This document shows positions 1-12,500 of a DNA stretch of 20,000 nucleotides, in pieces (position 1 is the first letter of the stretch; each line of letters starts with the position of its first letter). Source of the stretch: Enoplolaimus lenunculus (lineage: Eukaryota); NCBI GenBank assembly GCA_030248215.1, contig JASANG010003525.1:484077-504076 (forward strand), written 5' to 3'. The translations under genes were made by a program, and so were the position numbers. The notes below the pieces were generated by a model. It was not told the DNA's origin. It was given only the letters and a program-made list of their open reading frames with translations, and searched no databases.

Positions 1-121
1 TAATTAGGGTTTAGGAAATCTATCCGCTTACGGAATCTTATTAGTGATACGAACACTCCAACTGACTGACACTCAAAATGGGACCGCGTCTTATTACCCC
101 CCTTATTCGAGTCATACAGTA

Positions 122-222
122 GAAATTTTTCAACCTTGCTTGTTAAAGTCACTGAAAACGCTAGTATGTCCCTCTTGAAAAACTTTTAGCCCTCCTAGCA
201 AGGTGAGCTGGCTATGGGCCCG
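122..222 (-). mobile_element. hAT-type MITE, family A, truncated
   Basis: CCTAGCAAGGTGAGCTGGCTATGGGCCCG is close to the reverse complement of the start of the 5017 copy; far end missing. Confidence 0.75.
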
Positions 223-229
223 CACTTAC

Positions 230-583
230 CCAGCATCGCCAGCACCGTTTTTGCCACTGTCGCCAACGACTGTGTTCTGTTCGCCGTCAAATTATCAACC
301 AGCGATTGATGATTTAAAACATTCGAAATTGTTTTTAAAATTAGCGTCAGAATGAACCAGTTTGGCGGCTGATACAATTCGACCAGTTCAACTAAGTTGT
401 CCCAATCGAGTTGTTTGTCAACTAAACTTTGAGCAACTTTCTCGTCTTGACTCATGTTTATGAGCACTCCGATACATGTGACTACAAGCGCTGCATTGAT
501 TGGATTGCTCGAGTGCTGCTCTGGGAGTTGAGTTGTGTTGTGATGGTTGCCGTATGACAGTAGCGATAGCAATTTGCTGTGTG
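230..583 (-). CDS. ARMC2: ARMC2 exon 16 (AHSKLLSLL...CIGVLINMSQD...PPNWFILTLILKTISN...AML)
   Basis: Core of ORF 195..602; TTTTAG acceptor, G|GTAAGT donor; resembles CGVLLNLTVD...PTDWQLACLVCKTLWN. Confidence 0.9.
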
Positions 584-3500
584 CTAAAATGAATGATCGC
601 ATAACACGGCGTTAAAGATTGTATCTCTAACGTTTGTGAAATGTACCAGGCGTCAAATCAACTTTTAGTTGTTGCAGTTCAAAGATTTGGTGATGGGCAA
701 AAGATAATTGCAAACAAATGATTTCTAAAATTAACGAGTATCCGTAAGCATGGGCGTAGCCAGTATTTTGTTTGGGGGCTCTCAAATACTTTAAATATAT
801 AGTGTATTAATCGTACAGAAACAGCCACCGCACGCACACAATAAGGCGTGAGAAAAATTTTGTTGCATATACCACCAAAGCAATGTCGGTCCAGAATACA
901 AAAATACCAACAACTAGTGTGTGTGTATGACACCCAAAACACGAAATCATAGTTTCAATTTATTCAAAAATGAAATTTTTCAAAACCATTTGGGGACCAT
1001 GGCCCCCTTGGCTTCCCATGGCTAAACAATCTACCCGCAGGTAGCAAACTACTGATAACGTGGGTTACGCGGGGTGGTTTTAAAGTTTGCTGTACCTTTC
1101 ATTTGACACAGCCATTCTGTTACTGTATCGCTTTGTGACAAATTTGACAAAACGTCTACTGCTTCCAAGACACACTTTGATGACGTGTCTGCTGTTGAAA
1201 CAATATCGAATACTGCTAAAAATAACAATGGTAAAATTGTTTACTTTTTGAATGTGAACAGTATGCGGAGCTAAAATAGACGCACCTCCTTGGGTTGCTA
1301 GTGCCTAACTTTTATTAACATTTTGCCATCACATCAACACAACATTCCCATTCATAAATTTTCGGAGTTTGGGCCAATGTAAAAAACAGGGGCGGAACAT
1401 TATGATAAGCTTATTCCTAAGCCTAAGTCTAAGCGTAAGAATGAGTTTATTTTTAAGCCTATGCCTAAGCCTAAGCGTAAGCCTAAACCTAAGCCTAAGC
1501 GTAAGAATGAGTTTATTCCTAAGCCTAAGCCTAGCCTAAGCAAAGCAAAAAATAGTCTAAAGCTAGAAAAACGTTCCGCCCGTGATCTTTGCATGGACCG
1601 GAGTTTGAAACAAAATCCTATGGGCGATCCTGAACAACTTAGCCCCTCCATCGAATACCAAGCAATAATTCTTCGTGGATCTGTAAGTTCCGAACGTATT
1701 TGTTCGAATACGCTTATAAATTTTTTACTAATATGTATCTATCCATCGCTGTATATTGCGTAAAGCCGCGTTTCAAATATCGGATGAACACAAAACCGTG
1801 CTACAACTATTAATACTTCAATATTGCGGGTAATTTTGAAATTATTTACTTTTCAGTTGATTTCATGTGATGAAATATATTGGAATTTGATTTTTGAACG
1901 ATGAAATTTGTAATATATTTAAAACTTGAATATTGTAATTTTTTTAACCCAAAAACATACACACAAAAAGTATTTCTCAATTAATTCAGAAAAGTATTTT
2001 CTGTGGCAAATCTGACAAGTTTTTCTGAGATTTAAGACAATTTTTCAAAAAATAACTGGAAAACGTTTATTTTCCGACTTTATTTCAAAACTTTTGTGAA
2101 ATCTTTTCTGTTATAACAGAAATACTTTTCAAGTGCACCTTGCTAATTATATTTCTTAAATGGAAGAAATTATTTCTTAAATATCAGAAATATTCTTTTG
2201 AGTGTACCTGAAGCGATTGTGACTCCATTGTGAACCAGTTGATTGTCGGCCGTTGAGAAAAATGATAAATTCTTCAGTAGTACCAGTGTATTCAGAACCA
2301 ATTCTTCTGACGTAAACCGCTGTTTGTTTTCTGGAAATGCATGCATTGTTGTTTTTAATTTTCAATGCGTTTAGTTCAGCAGTACCATTTTTAGGGATTA
2401 TGACCATTTATATTTTAACTGTATAAGACATGTACAACCGCCTACCAAATTTGTACTTGAATAAACCTGGTAACGCTTATCCTTTACGATCATATGAATG
2501 ATAGATATATTTTCTTTAAACGTGTATACCGGCTGCCAAATTTGAATAACGAATAAACCTGGTGACGTTATACTTCAGGAACAAAGGGTTGTTACATACC
2601 CTAGTGATCGGGATGGTAAAGAAATACCAAATGTCATTAAAACGTATAGCGCAACACGTAAAGTATACACGCAAGCGTACCACCGGAGTTCTGCCTTTGG
2701 CTCCGGCAGAAACTCGTACTGCGGCTCCGGCAAGTATTGTTGACCTCCAGCTCCGGCTCCGACTCCGGTATTTTTCACCTCCGGTTGCACCCTGAATGCA
2801 GTACATCCTGCCGAATTTGAAAATACGTAAAAAAATTACCTAACACTTGAACGAGACACTGAACCAAATCAGGTCTTTTGCACAGCGATGAACCGACAGT
2901 TTCATGTACTGATAAATTTGCTAATGCGCGTACCAGCTAAAAGTTAAACCTAAATACAGAATTTAGGTTATATTTCATAAATATTTTATATTTGACACTA
3001 TTTTGAGGGACTGCAATAGAGTATTAATAAGCATTAAGTTCTAGACTAACTTTTTTGGCTTGGGTATAGGCTTAGGTTTTTAGGTTTAGGATTATACTTA
3101 ATATACTACTGCTATGGCCCTGTTGTTTACACTGGCCCGTTTTTGTAATAACTGAACGCAATGCTCAGTCACGTTCTGGCTATAAAACTGGTTATAGTCA
3201 ATTTCACGTTGATTGCAACCTTTGAGTGAAAGCTGCATCGTGGCCAATGTTACTTTTAGGGCCGTAACAGTAGATTAAACGTTTTCCTAAGCCTAAGCCT
3301 AAAACGTTGCAAAAGCGTATTCCTCAGCCTAAGCCTAAGCCTAAGCAAAAAAATGTAGTCTAGAATGTAAGCCTACTCTTTTACAGACCCACCAGAAGCC
3401 GGGACGGCCACAATGGTATGGTCCTGCATTTTTATTGAATTTTTAACCAGTGTTTGCAGGGGCCTGTATTCGTCGCTGGTAAAAAAACCAGCCCTCGGCT

Positions 3501-6500
3501 TAGACTCCAGGCAAAGCTTGTCGACTTTTAGTCTCTAGCGATGGCTCGACCTCAAATATTATCCACACTGGCTACACCTTTATAATATGTAGTACACGAT
3601 GTTTTGGATGTTACAAAATGCAACTTTTTCGCCAAAGTAGAAAAAACATTTCAGACACACCGCCGCTGGTGTAAATTTTGCTGGATCTGAAACTTTAATC
3701 AAAAGACACTCCCGGTGTATTGAGCAAATTTTACCTTAATGAGTAAATCTTCGCTATACTCATCGACGTTACCATGTCTAGTGTCATCCTGTTTTTTGAA
3801 GTCATTCGAGTCGTTCGTTTTCTGAAATAGTTTCAGTGGACGATTTCTGAAATAGTTTCAGTGGACGATTTCTGAAATAGTTTCAGTGGACGATTTCTGA
3901 AATAGTTTCAGTGGACGATTTCTGAAATAGTTTCAGTGGACGATTTCTGAAATAGTTTCAGTGGACGATTTCTGAAATAGTTTCAGTGGACGATTTCTGA
4001 AATAGTTTCAGTGGACGATTTCTGAAATAGGTTCAGTGGACGATTTCTGAAATAGGTTCAGTGGACGATTTCTGAAATAGTTTCAGTGGACGATTTCTGA
4101 AATAGTTTCAGTGGACGATTTCTGAAATAGTTTCAGTGGACGATTTCTGAAATAGTTTCAGTGGACGATTTCTGAAATAGTTTCAGTGGACGATTTCTGA
4201 AATAGTTTCAGTGGACGATTTCTGAAATAGTTTCAGTGGACGATTTCTGAAATAGTTTCAGTGGACGATTTCTGAAATAGTTTCAGTGGACGATTTCTGA
4301 AATAGTTTCAGTGGACGATTTCTGAAATAGTTTCAGTGGACGATTTCTGAAATAGTTTCAGTCGACGATTTCTGAAATAGTTTCAGTCGACGATTTCTGA
4401 AATAGTTTCAGTGGACGATTTCTGAAATAGTTTCAGTGGACGATTTCTGAAATAGTTTCAGTGGACGATTTCTGAAATAGTTTCAGTGGACGATTTCTGA
4501 AATAGTTTCAGTGGACGATTTCTGAAATAGTTTCAGTGGACGAAGATGTTTTTTGTTGGTTTGATCAAAAAAAACGGCCCATGTATATAGAACGTGGCCG
4601 AATCGTTTTCGAGAGTGGCTATAATAGAGTCAGTTTAAGCTTTAGACTATTTTTTTGCTTAGGTTTAGGTGTAGGCTTTAAACCTTACGCTTAGGAATAT
4701 GCTTATACTACTGTGCCGGTCCAGTTCTATACATGGGCCAAAAAACTAGTAAAACTTTGATTTTCGCCAAAAAAACTGTGGGGAAAACTTGTAAGTAATA
4801 CAGAGCATATACGATATTCACTTTGTCTAATTTCTCTATTTATAACATGGGCTTAAGTCCTTTTTGGCCCATATTACTGTTTTACAGGCGTAGAGATTTC
4901 TTGGAAAACTGCACTTCAGTACTATACTGTTAGGTTTTAGACTATTTTTTGCTTAGGTTTATGAATATGCTTTGGGTACTGTTACGACGCCACGCCAAGT
5001 AAAAGTAACATTGGTTCAGTCCCGTAGCCAGCTCACCTTGCTAGGGCCCTAAAAAATTTTCAGGAGTCGCAAACCAGGGTATACGATGACTTACAAGCAA
5101 GATTGAAAATCTTTTAGCGCGCCAAAATTTTGCGGAGGGGGGTGAGCCCCTCCTGGCAGCCCCTCTGGCTACAGATCCGTATTGGTTCGATCCCTTATAC
5201 CTTGTTTTTGCCATCAATATTCAAATTGTGTTTAAATATTTTCATTAACACAGGCATCAGCCCAGGACATTCGTAGCACCGTCTATGAGGATCAGGCGGC
5301 GTTGAACAGGCGTCTTCAGCGGCGGGTTCGGCTGTAAAATTGCTTGCAACACCAAGCAAATTTCCAAGGACAAATAGAAGTCGTACCGCGATATCCTGAA
5401 GTAGAAATCACACTCATAAATCCTGCCGCAAAACTTAATTTTCAGTCCGACGTTGACCACTGCCTGTGCCGGAGCAAACCAATGTGGGCACCCCCAGCAC
5501 AGTGGCGGATTCAGGATGTTTCCATGCTGCTGGGCGATGGGGCGCGCCTCCATTGGTCCGAACGGACGAAACTTTTTTGCTTAATTTGTTAAAGTTTCGG
5601 TCGGTGTTTTGAAATAATGTTAAGAAAATTTGTGCTTCGCGCATATACTACGCACTCTTTATGGTTGCATTTTGAGTGTGTAATCAATTGGTTTTCAAAC
5701 TTTCCCCTGTGAAAAAAATGTAGGCTAATTGCAGGGTGTTTTCGGTTATCCTTCCAGCCTGTGCGTGCGTGTGAAAAATGGTTTAATTTTGAAAATTGTT
5801 ACATATCTGAACTGCTCACTACCCTACCGATCATTCCATGACAATATTTGAATTTTTGAAAAATTTGATTTTTTAAACGTCCCAAGGGCCAAGGTCCCAC
5901 CGACTCAAATTTTTTCTTGCTAAAAGTTAGACTGATTATATATCATTCGACGCAGACTGCCGATCTGAGTCCATTGTGTTATATTTTTTAGTCAGACTCC
6001 TGGTCAACGGGTTATGGTCAAAAACTGATTTGGCACCGTTCAAATCGTTAGCATCGTGACAAATGTATTTGGCCATAACTAGCTAGCCAGACGTTTGATT
6101 GTAGAAAATTTAACACAGTCAGACTCAGCTTCACAAGCTGCATCAAACGGTACATATTAGTTTGTCTAACTTTTTAACCAAAAAATTTTTAGGTGCCAAG
6201 GGTCTTTGAGACCTTAAAAACCATATTTTCAAAAATTCAAATTTGGGCATGGAATGCCCAGAGGATGTTATAAGAAGCTGAAATATAAAAAACTATCAAA
6301 ATCCAACCATCTTTGGGCAAACGCTGGCGAGGAGGAAAACCGAAAAGAAGCAATAAACTGGGCATCCGCCCCCCCCACCCCTTAGGTTAAAACAATTTCC
6401 AGCAAAATTTGAAAACTTCGAAACTAAGAAGTTAACTCAGCCTCAAAATCAACCAAAAAAATAAGTTAGCGACTGCAGTTATCAAGAAAATTACTTCATC

Positions 6501-9500
6501 ATTTAGAAGCCTGCTGGCAATTCTAACTAAGGCCTGTATTAAAATCTCTGAGATGGAAGCCGCAGCGCAGGTAAAAAATGACTTACCTCCTTACAACTTT
6601 GCTGTTAATTTGTGTACGGTCATCAAAATCAAATACGAGTCAACGGTTAGCCTAATGCAAAATTTATATTTAATACTAATATTTGAGATAATTCTTGCCT
6701 TGAAATCATAACTAATTGAACTTGCATTGCTGAATTCCAAACTCAAACTTCTAAGCCTTAAATCTGAGTAAAGCATTAATAGTTTAGCTATGATTAGCAA
6801 TTTTTTCAATTTATCATTTATTATACAAATTTCGGCTATAAAGTCTAATGATATCGTATAGAAAATATCACAATAAATTATAAACAAGCACTTGTTTTCG
6901 GTGGAAACTTTGAAGTGCACGCGAAATTGCGTCGAATATTTTATCATGTACCGAAAGCGTTTCGCAACATCCATTTGCCATACTGTATTTGCTAAAATGA
7001 CAAAACTTTAATTTTTACTTATTGGGCCATCTGCCCAAACATTGTATAGGTGTCAATCCGGAACATATATCGGAGCGAAGAGATCAGGCCCGTAACCAGC
7101 TTACCTTCCTAGCTCGCTTATATATTTTCTGGAGGTGCATACAAGGGTTTTCGTTGATTTACAAGCAAGGTTGAAAATTTTCCAGGAGGGCAGAGCCGCT
7201 GTGACCTAATCTTGGCTACGGGCCCGGAAGGGATACTGTGAATATATCTCTCCCGAAGTTTTTCGAAGATTCAGAAAAGCACACTTAACTGAGTTTGAAA
7301 TGTGGATTGTAGAGCAGGAGCGTATTTAAACGGGTATAGGGAAATATATCCCGTGAAGTTTGTGTCATATTCGAAAAACACAAAACGCACTTTTACAGGT
7401 TGTAGAATAACATGAAGAAGTCCGAACAACGTATTTTATAGCTCGCCCGCAAGAGCCAATTAGATGAAATTATACCTTCTCGAAATGAAATCGTGGCTTG
7501 CACCGATGTTATTGAGGTCTAAGAAATTTAATTTACATAAAGTCATACCTTACCATTCCGAAACTAAAGTCATGCGTACGCTCCTGATGAAAATTTGTTT
7601 GTTTCCAAAATTTAATTGTTCCCAGACACACCTCTGTTGATTTATATACGCTTTGCTCGTGCATGAACTCACCGTAGAAAACGTAAGCAACCGTGCAAAA
7701 CATTTATTTAAGCATAGGGTTAATTCTGGACATAACCCCTGGCTCCGAAATACGAAAAGCAGTAAACTTAATAAGCAAGACTGAAATGTAAATTGTATTA
7801 AATGATGTATTTTGTAACACAACAATCTTAAATTCAATACGGTCGGCACTCCGGAGAACACCTTCGTGAGTTTATGGGTACTAAAGCAAGGAAAAAAACT
7901 GCAAACTTCTTACAGTAAAGATAACACAGTTCACACGACGAATCACTGAAAGTCAATATTCGCACGCCAAAAATGGAATACGTATACAATTCCGAATCAT
8001 TCAAAGTCAATATTCCCACGCCAAAAATACGATACGTATACAATTCCGAATCATTCAAAATCAATATTCCCACGCCAAAAATGGAATACGTATACAATTC
8101 CGAATCATTCAAAATCAATATTCCCACGCCAAAAAATGGAATACGTATACAATTCAGAAATCTTATTATATCACGATTGTATTTTACCTTAGAAATCGGG
8201 CTGCATTGAGCATAAATTCTTTGTTTCGACTATTTATGCAACACATTACATTCAACAGCAACCGTACAATTGGTTGTCCATCCAATGCCCGTTGACAGCT
8301 CACGCCAGAATCTAATAAGTTGCGCAAAAATGCAAACGCCTGCAAAAACGTAAAGTTTGAACATAAAAAATTTTACTACTTGATAATTGCTAGGCAATTG
8401 GAATCTTCTGCACATGCCGCTCGTGAAAACTTTGTTGGTCTTGGGCCCACAGACTAGCAAGTACGGCTGTCCGCGTGCATAGCAGACTGACTTAGGACCA
8501 TTCGTAATTGGCATGAATAGCAGATTGGCCTACGACATACACATGATTAATTTTTGCTTTCTATGAAATTTGAAAATGAAATCATTAAATTTTTTCTCTT
8601 AGTACAAATTTATTCTTTACTCGAATTTTTTAGAAAATCTCAGTAATTCAAGCGACTTAAACGATTTGACACATTGCAAAATATGGTGAGTCAAATTGAC
8701 TTTCTATGAAATAGGCCATTCAGGACTACACAAACTGAGTCAAATTCGACTCCGCCAAAGTCAAACGCGCGACTCAATGAGTCGAACGAAACTCTGGCGG
8801 AGTCGAATTTTGACTCAATTTGTTTCGTCTAGAAAAGCTTATTTCGGACAGAGTCAATTTGACTCATTATTTTTTTGTAGTGATAGTTTTTTGTTTTCAT
8901 GAAATGCTTCAATATCGAAAATAAATTAACCTGTTTATATAACAATGCGTAAAATTTTGTCAACAAAATCCGTCTGTCAAAAAGTAACTGGCGTTTAAAA
9001 TTGAGCAACTCGCAACTCAACCCGAATTTAAAATCTAATTGGAGACAACGTTTTAACACAAGCTTCCCCAACGAACGTTGAATTTATCACACAAACGAGT
9101 ACATCAAACCAAACACAGTAAACAATGATGCCTCAGTCCTAAAGACCTCTGCTTGCCACTGTTTTTATCCGGTATTTTTGCAATAGCTATGCCTGCTAAA
9201 TTTGCTATTCGATTTCACACAAGCTGCTTATAATAGCTAAAAATCTTCACCTGTGATATTACGCTAATTGCGTCAACCTGTTTGCCATTTCCGACGGGCT
9301 TTTCTGAACCATTTGTGTTCTCAAATTCTTCAGCAGCGGTTTCAATCTGTTTGCGCACAACCACCACTGCACCGTAACGAACCAATTTCGCTCGAATTCC
9401 TTCGTTTGGTCCTTCGCATCGCTTATCAGACGTAGAAATTCTCGGCGCACGCCTGGACTGTTTGACGCCGTGGCGATTTGAGCGTGAGAAAATTCCCACG

Positions 9501-12500
9501 GGTGCAGACGATGAACCGTCGCCGTGAGAACCGTTTGAGCAAAGAAATTTCCACGCTCCGAATGTAAACAACACCGCCTCGTGGTTAGTTGTACATTTTC
9601 GACGGTTGTGATCAATGCAGTTAACCCAGTGTTCTGTAAATTTGAGAGATTTTAAATATTTTTTTGCTTTTTTTGATTGTTATTTATAGTTTTTAGGTGC
9701 TTACAGTTTAAGGAGATATTAATTGGTGAAGATTCTTGGAATAACCAGAGTTGTTTTGTACAATTAGCGAAAATATTGGGCAACTATAACGAGTACGATG
9801 CTTGCCATGCACGATATTCATATACTTTTTTAGTTAACAACGACAATTTGCCAATATGATACTTCGTTTAGCGTTTTATCTCAACAACAATAGCATACAT
9901 TGCAAAAAATGGTGAGTCAAATTGACTCTCTCCGAAACAGGTTTTTCGGGACTACACAAACTGAATCAAATGTGAAGAAACAAACGTGTGATTCAGTGAA
10001 TCGAAATTGAATCTAGTGGAGTCGAATTATGGCTCAAATTGTGCAAGACCCCGAAAAGCCTATTTCGAAGAGTCAATTTGATTCACCATTTTTTGCAGTA
10101 TATTTAACTTACTAATCAACTGATCTTCATTAAACATCGAATCATTGCTGCAATTTTTTGACAAAATATACAAAAGCCGACAAATGTTTGCAAAATTGCC
10201 ACCAGAAATTCGTAGCTAAAAGTACAATTTTGGTTTCAATAGAATCAGCGTAAAACGTTTACTGAGCAAAAATTAAATTCACATGTGCAAGTTTTCGCAG
10301 CTGAAAAAATGGTGTAAAATGTTTTAAATATCGGACTCACGTCCATTGCAGGCAGCGCTTATCAGATTTGAAAACGGCCCTCAATCGAATGTTTGCATGG
10401 ATTTCAAATACCAACGTAGTCTTTTTAAAACCAAATACGTAATTTGCATACGCAAAATGTTTACGCACTGTTCAGCAATCCGTTCAATATAGCATTAATA
10501 GTCAACGTGGTTGCAAATTTTTAACCCAAAAACATTTTTCTCAAACTTTTGATACCTGAAATCTGTGCGTTCAGGCTATAATACATACTTTGCTACATAT
10601 TGTACATTTAGATACAGAGGAACGTGTTCTAATTTGCAAATATATGTTGTCTTGTTTATATATATGAAACGTTCATATAACAGCTGGCTCGTTGCCCAAA
10701 ATACGCACGTGGCTCGTTGCCCAAAATACGCACGTGGAGCGTTCCAGCTTTAATAATATAGCTAATTGTTTCAACTGGTTGTTTGATGCAAGTATATTTT
10801 ATGGCCGTGGAGCTAAAGTAATTTGAGTAGGTTTTAGAATGCACGGGTTTCGGATAAGAGATTTGACTACTTTATCGCAGAAGCTCATTGCTCGAAGTAC
10901 TTGCTGTTTCTTAATCTTTTGACGCCACATTTGGTTCAAAATTCGCTAAAGCTTAACATTCACCACACCCAAGCCCGTAGCTAGCTCAGATTACTAGGGG
11001 GCTAAAAAATTTCCACGAAGGGCATACAAGGGTTTCCACTGACAGGCAAGGTTGAAACTTATCTAGAGGGGGTAATATTTTTCGAGGGGACCTGAGCCCC
11101 CTGTCCCCCTAGCTACGAACCCAACCATACCATTAGACACATGGTCGCAATTCGAATTGAAAGCGCAGGTGCAGTTTCGTCAAGCAACGCAAATAATTGT
11201 TTGAGAAGTCGAGATCGCGCCGAAGTACGCGATGCATGCATCAGCGTTGAATGTTCAATGCAGTCGTACAGAATATCAACTGACACCAAGTCTGTGCTAT
11301 CTGAAACGTTCGTGCCGCGAAATGTTGTTTGGGGGGCTCGCATCCTGTCAGGCCTGTGCGTTTGTTTGATGTCTACTTTTGAATAAAACGCATTTTTTTC
11401 GAAAAATAATCCGTGAACAACATCGCGAGCGAAGCGATCGAGAAACCAAATGTAATTTTTGTATGTAAATTATGACGCAAGAACTGATTCCGATTGGGGG
11501 GCGGGAACCCCGCCCCCCCTTTCGGTACGCCCCTGTTGGAACGTGCTTTTAAAATCATGACCATATTAACTTACCGAGAGTATTGTGAACTCCAGGGAAC
11601 ACAAAATTGTTGACCCTATCGTAATTCATCAAATCTGGTACGCACAACCTATTTAAAAATAGTATTTTAGCAGCATACCAGCAAGTTTGACACGCTTTTG
11701 GTTGCAATATAGTATACCTAAAATGTCTATTTTGTGCTGGTATCCACGTAGCAAATATCAATGTATATGTACTGTACTGTAAATTTGCCAGTGAGTTGAT
11801 TTTAACTGAGCAAAATGAGTTGAATCCACTCAGAAGCCTGAGCTCTAAATTATGTCTTTCGGAACGCAAAATTCTGAATTTATTGATCTCTTTCTAAGTT
11901 ATTCAATCAACTCATTGGCACTCGGAATTAAATCAGCTCAGAGCTAGTTGATGTTTCACGTTTTAAACTCAGAAATAACCATAAATGACTATTTCGATCT
12001 CTGATTTGATTAATCAACTCATTGGAATTTACAGTGTATATATTCGTTTCAGGCGCATATGCAATGTGTCACAGGACGCGTTATATCATCCGCGAACTTT
12101 TTGGAGAAACGAGAAAAAATGTACTTTTTCAAAGTTGACCAAAACCAAGCTGGAACCTATAAAAATTATGCAAATTTTCTCGCTCGCCACGTTCGCTTAC
12201 GAAAACTTTCACATCAAAAATTCTCGTAAAACAAAATACTCACTGGGCTCCTGATTCAGTCATTTCTAAAAAAATGGAGTCCACTGCTTGATCTGCCCCA
12301 TTTGAACATGACTATCTAACATTCTGAAAATGTACCTTTTCGGATCGCTTCAATTAGTTGATCAACTTGTAGCTCAGAGTCATTCGCTGATATTTCTAGT
12401 TCAAACATAGGCCGATCACCAGTTTTGGCTTTGTCTATTGTTAGGTTGGTTTCTTGCAGACTGGTCATTGACGTCAAACTATATCGTGGATTTGTGTCTA

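Noticed and set aside
1400..1763. ORFs with PK/LG repeats (1461..1763 +, 1400..1651 -)
   Set aside because: Translations of GCCTAA/TTAGGC tracts in a MITE
2516..2806. Three overlapping ORFs
   Set aside because: Derived from the CCGGAG-repeat element; intronic, no recognisable domain
3816..4543. CRISPR-like array (25-bp palindromic repeat)
   Set aside because: Units abut with no spacers, there are no cas genes, and the array lies in a eukaryotic intron; it is a minisatellite
5257..5644. Nested small ORFs (98, 82 and 69 aa)
   Set aside because: The 98- and 82-aa ORFs are alternative-frame or antisense shadows of GC-rich exon 11, whose real frame reads DIAVRLLFVLGNL; the 69-aa ORF lies in the adjacent intron with no recognisable motif
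6591..6974. 127-aa minus-strand ORF
   Set aside because: Out of frame with exon 10 and otherwise AT-rich intron
7834..8209. Repetitive ORFs on both strands
   Set aside because: Produced by the 54-bp minisatellite, whose unit is a multiple of 3
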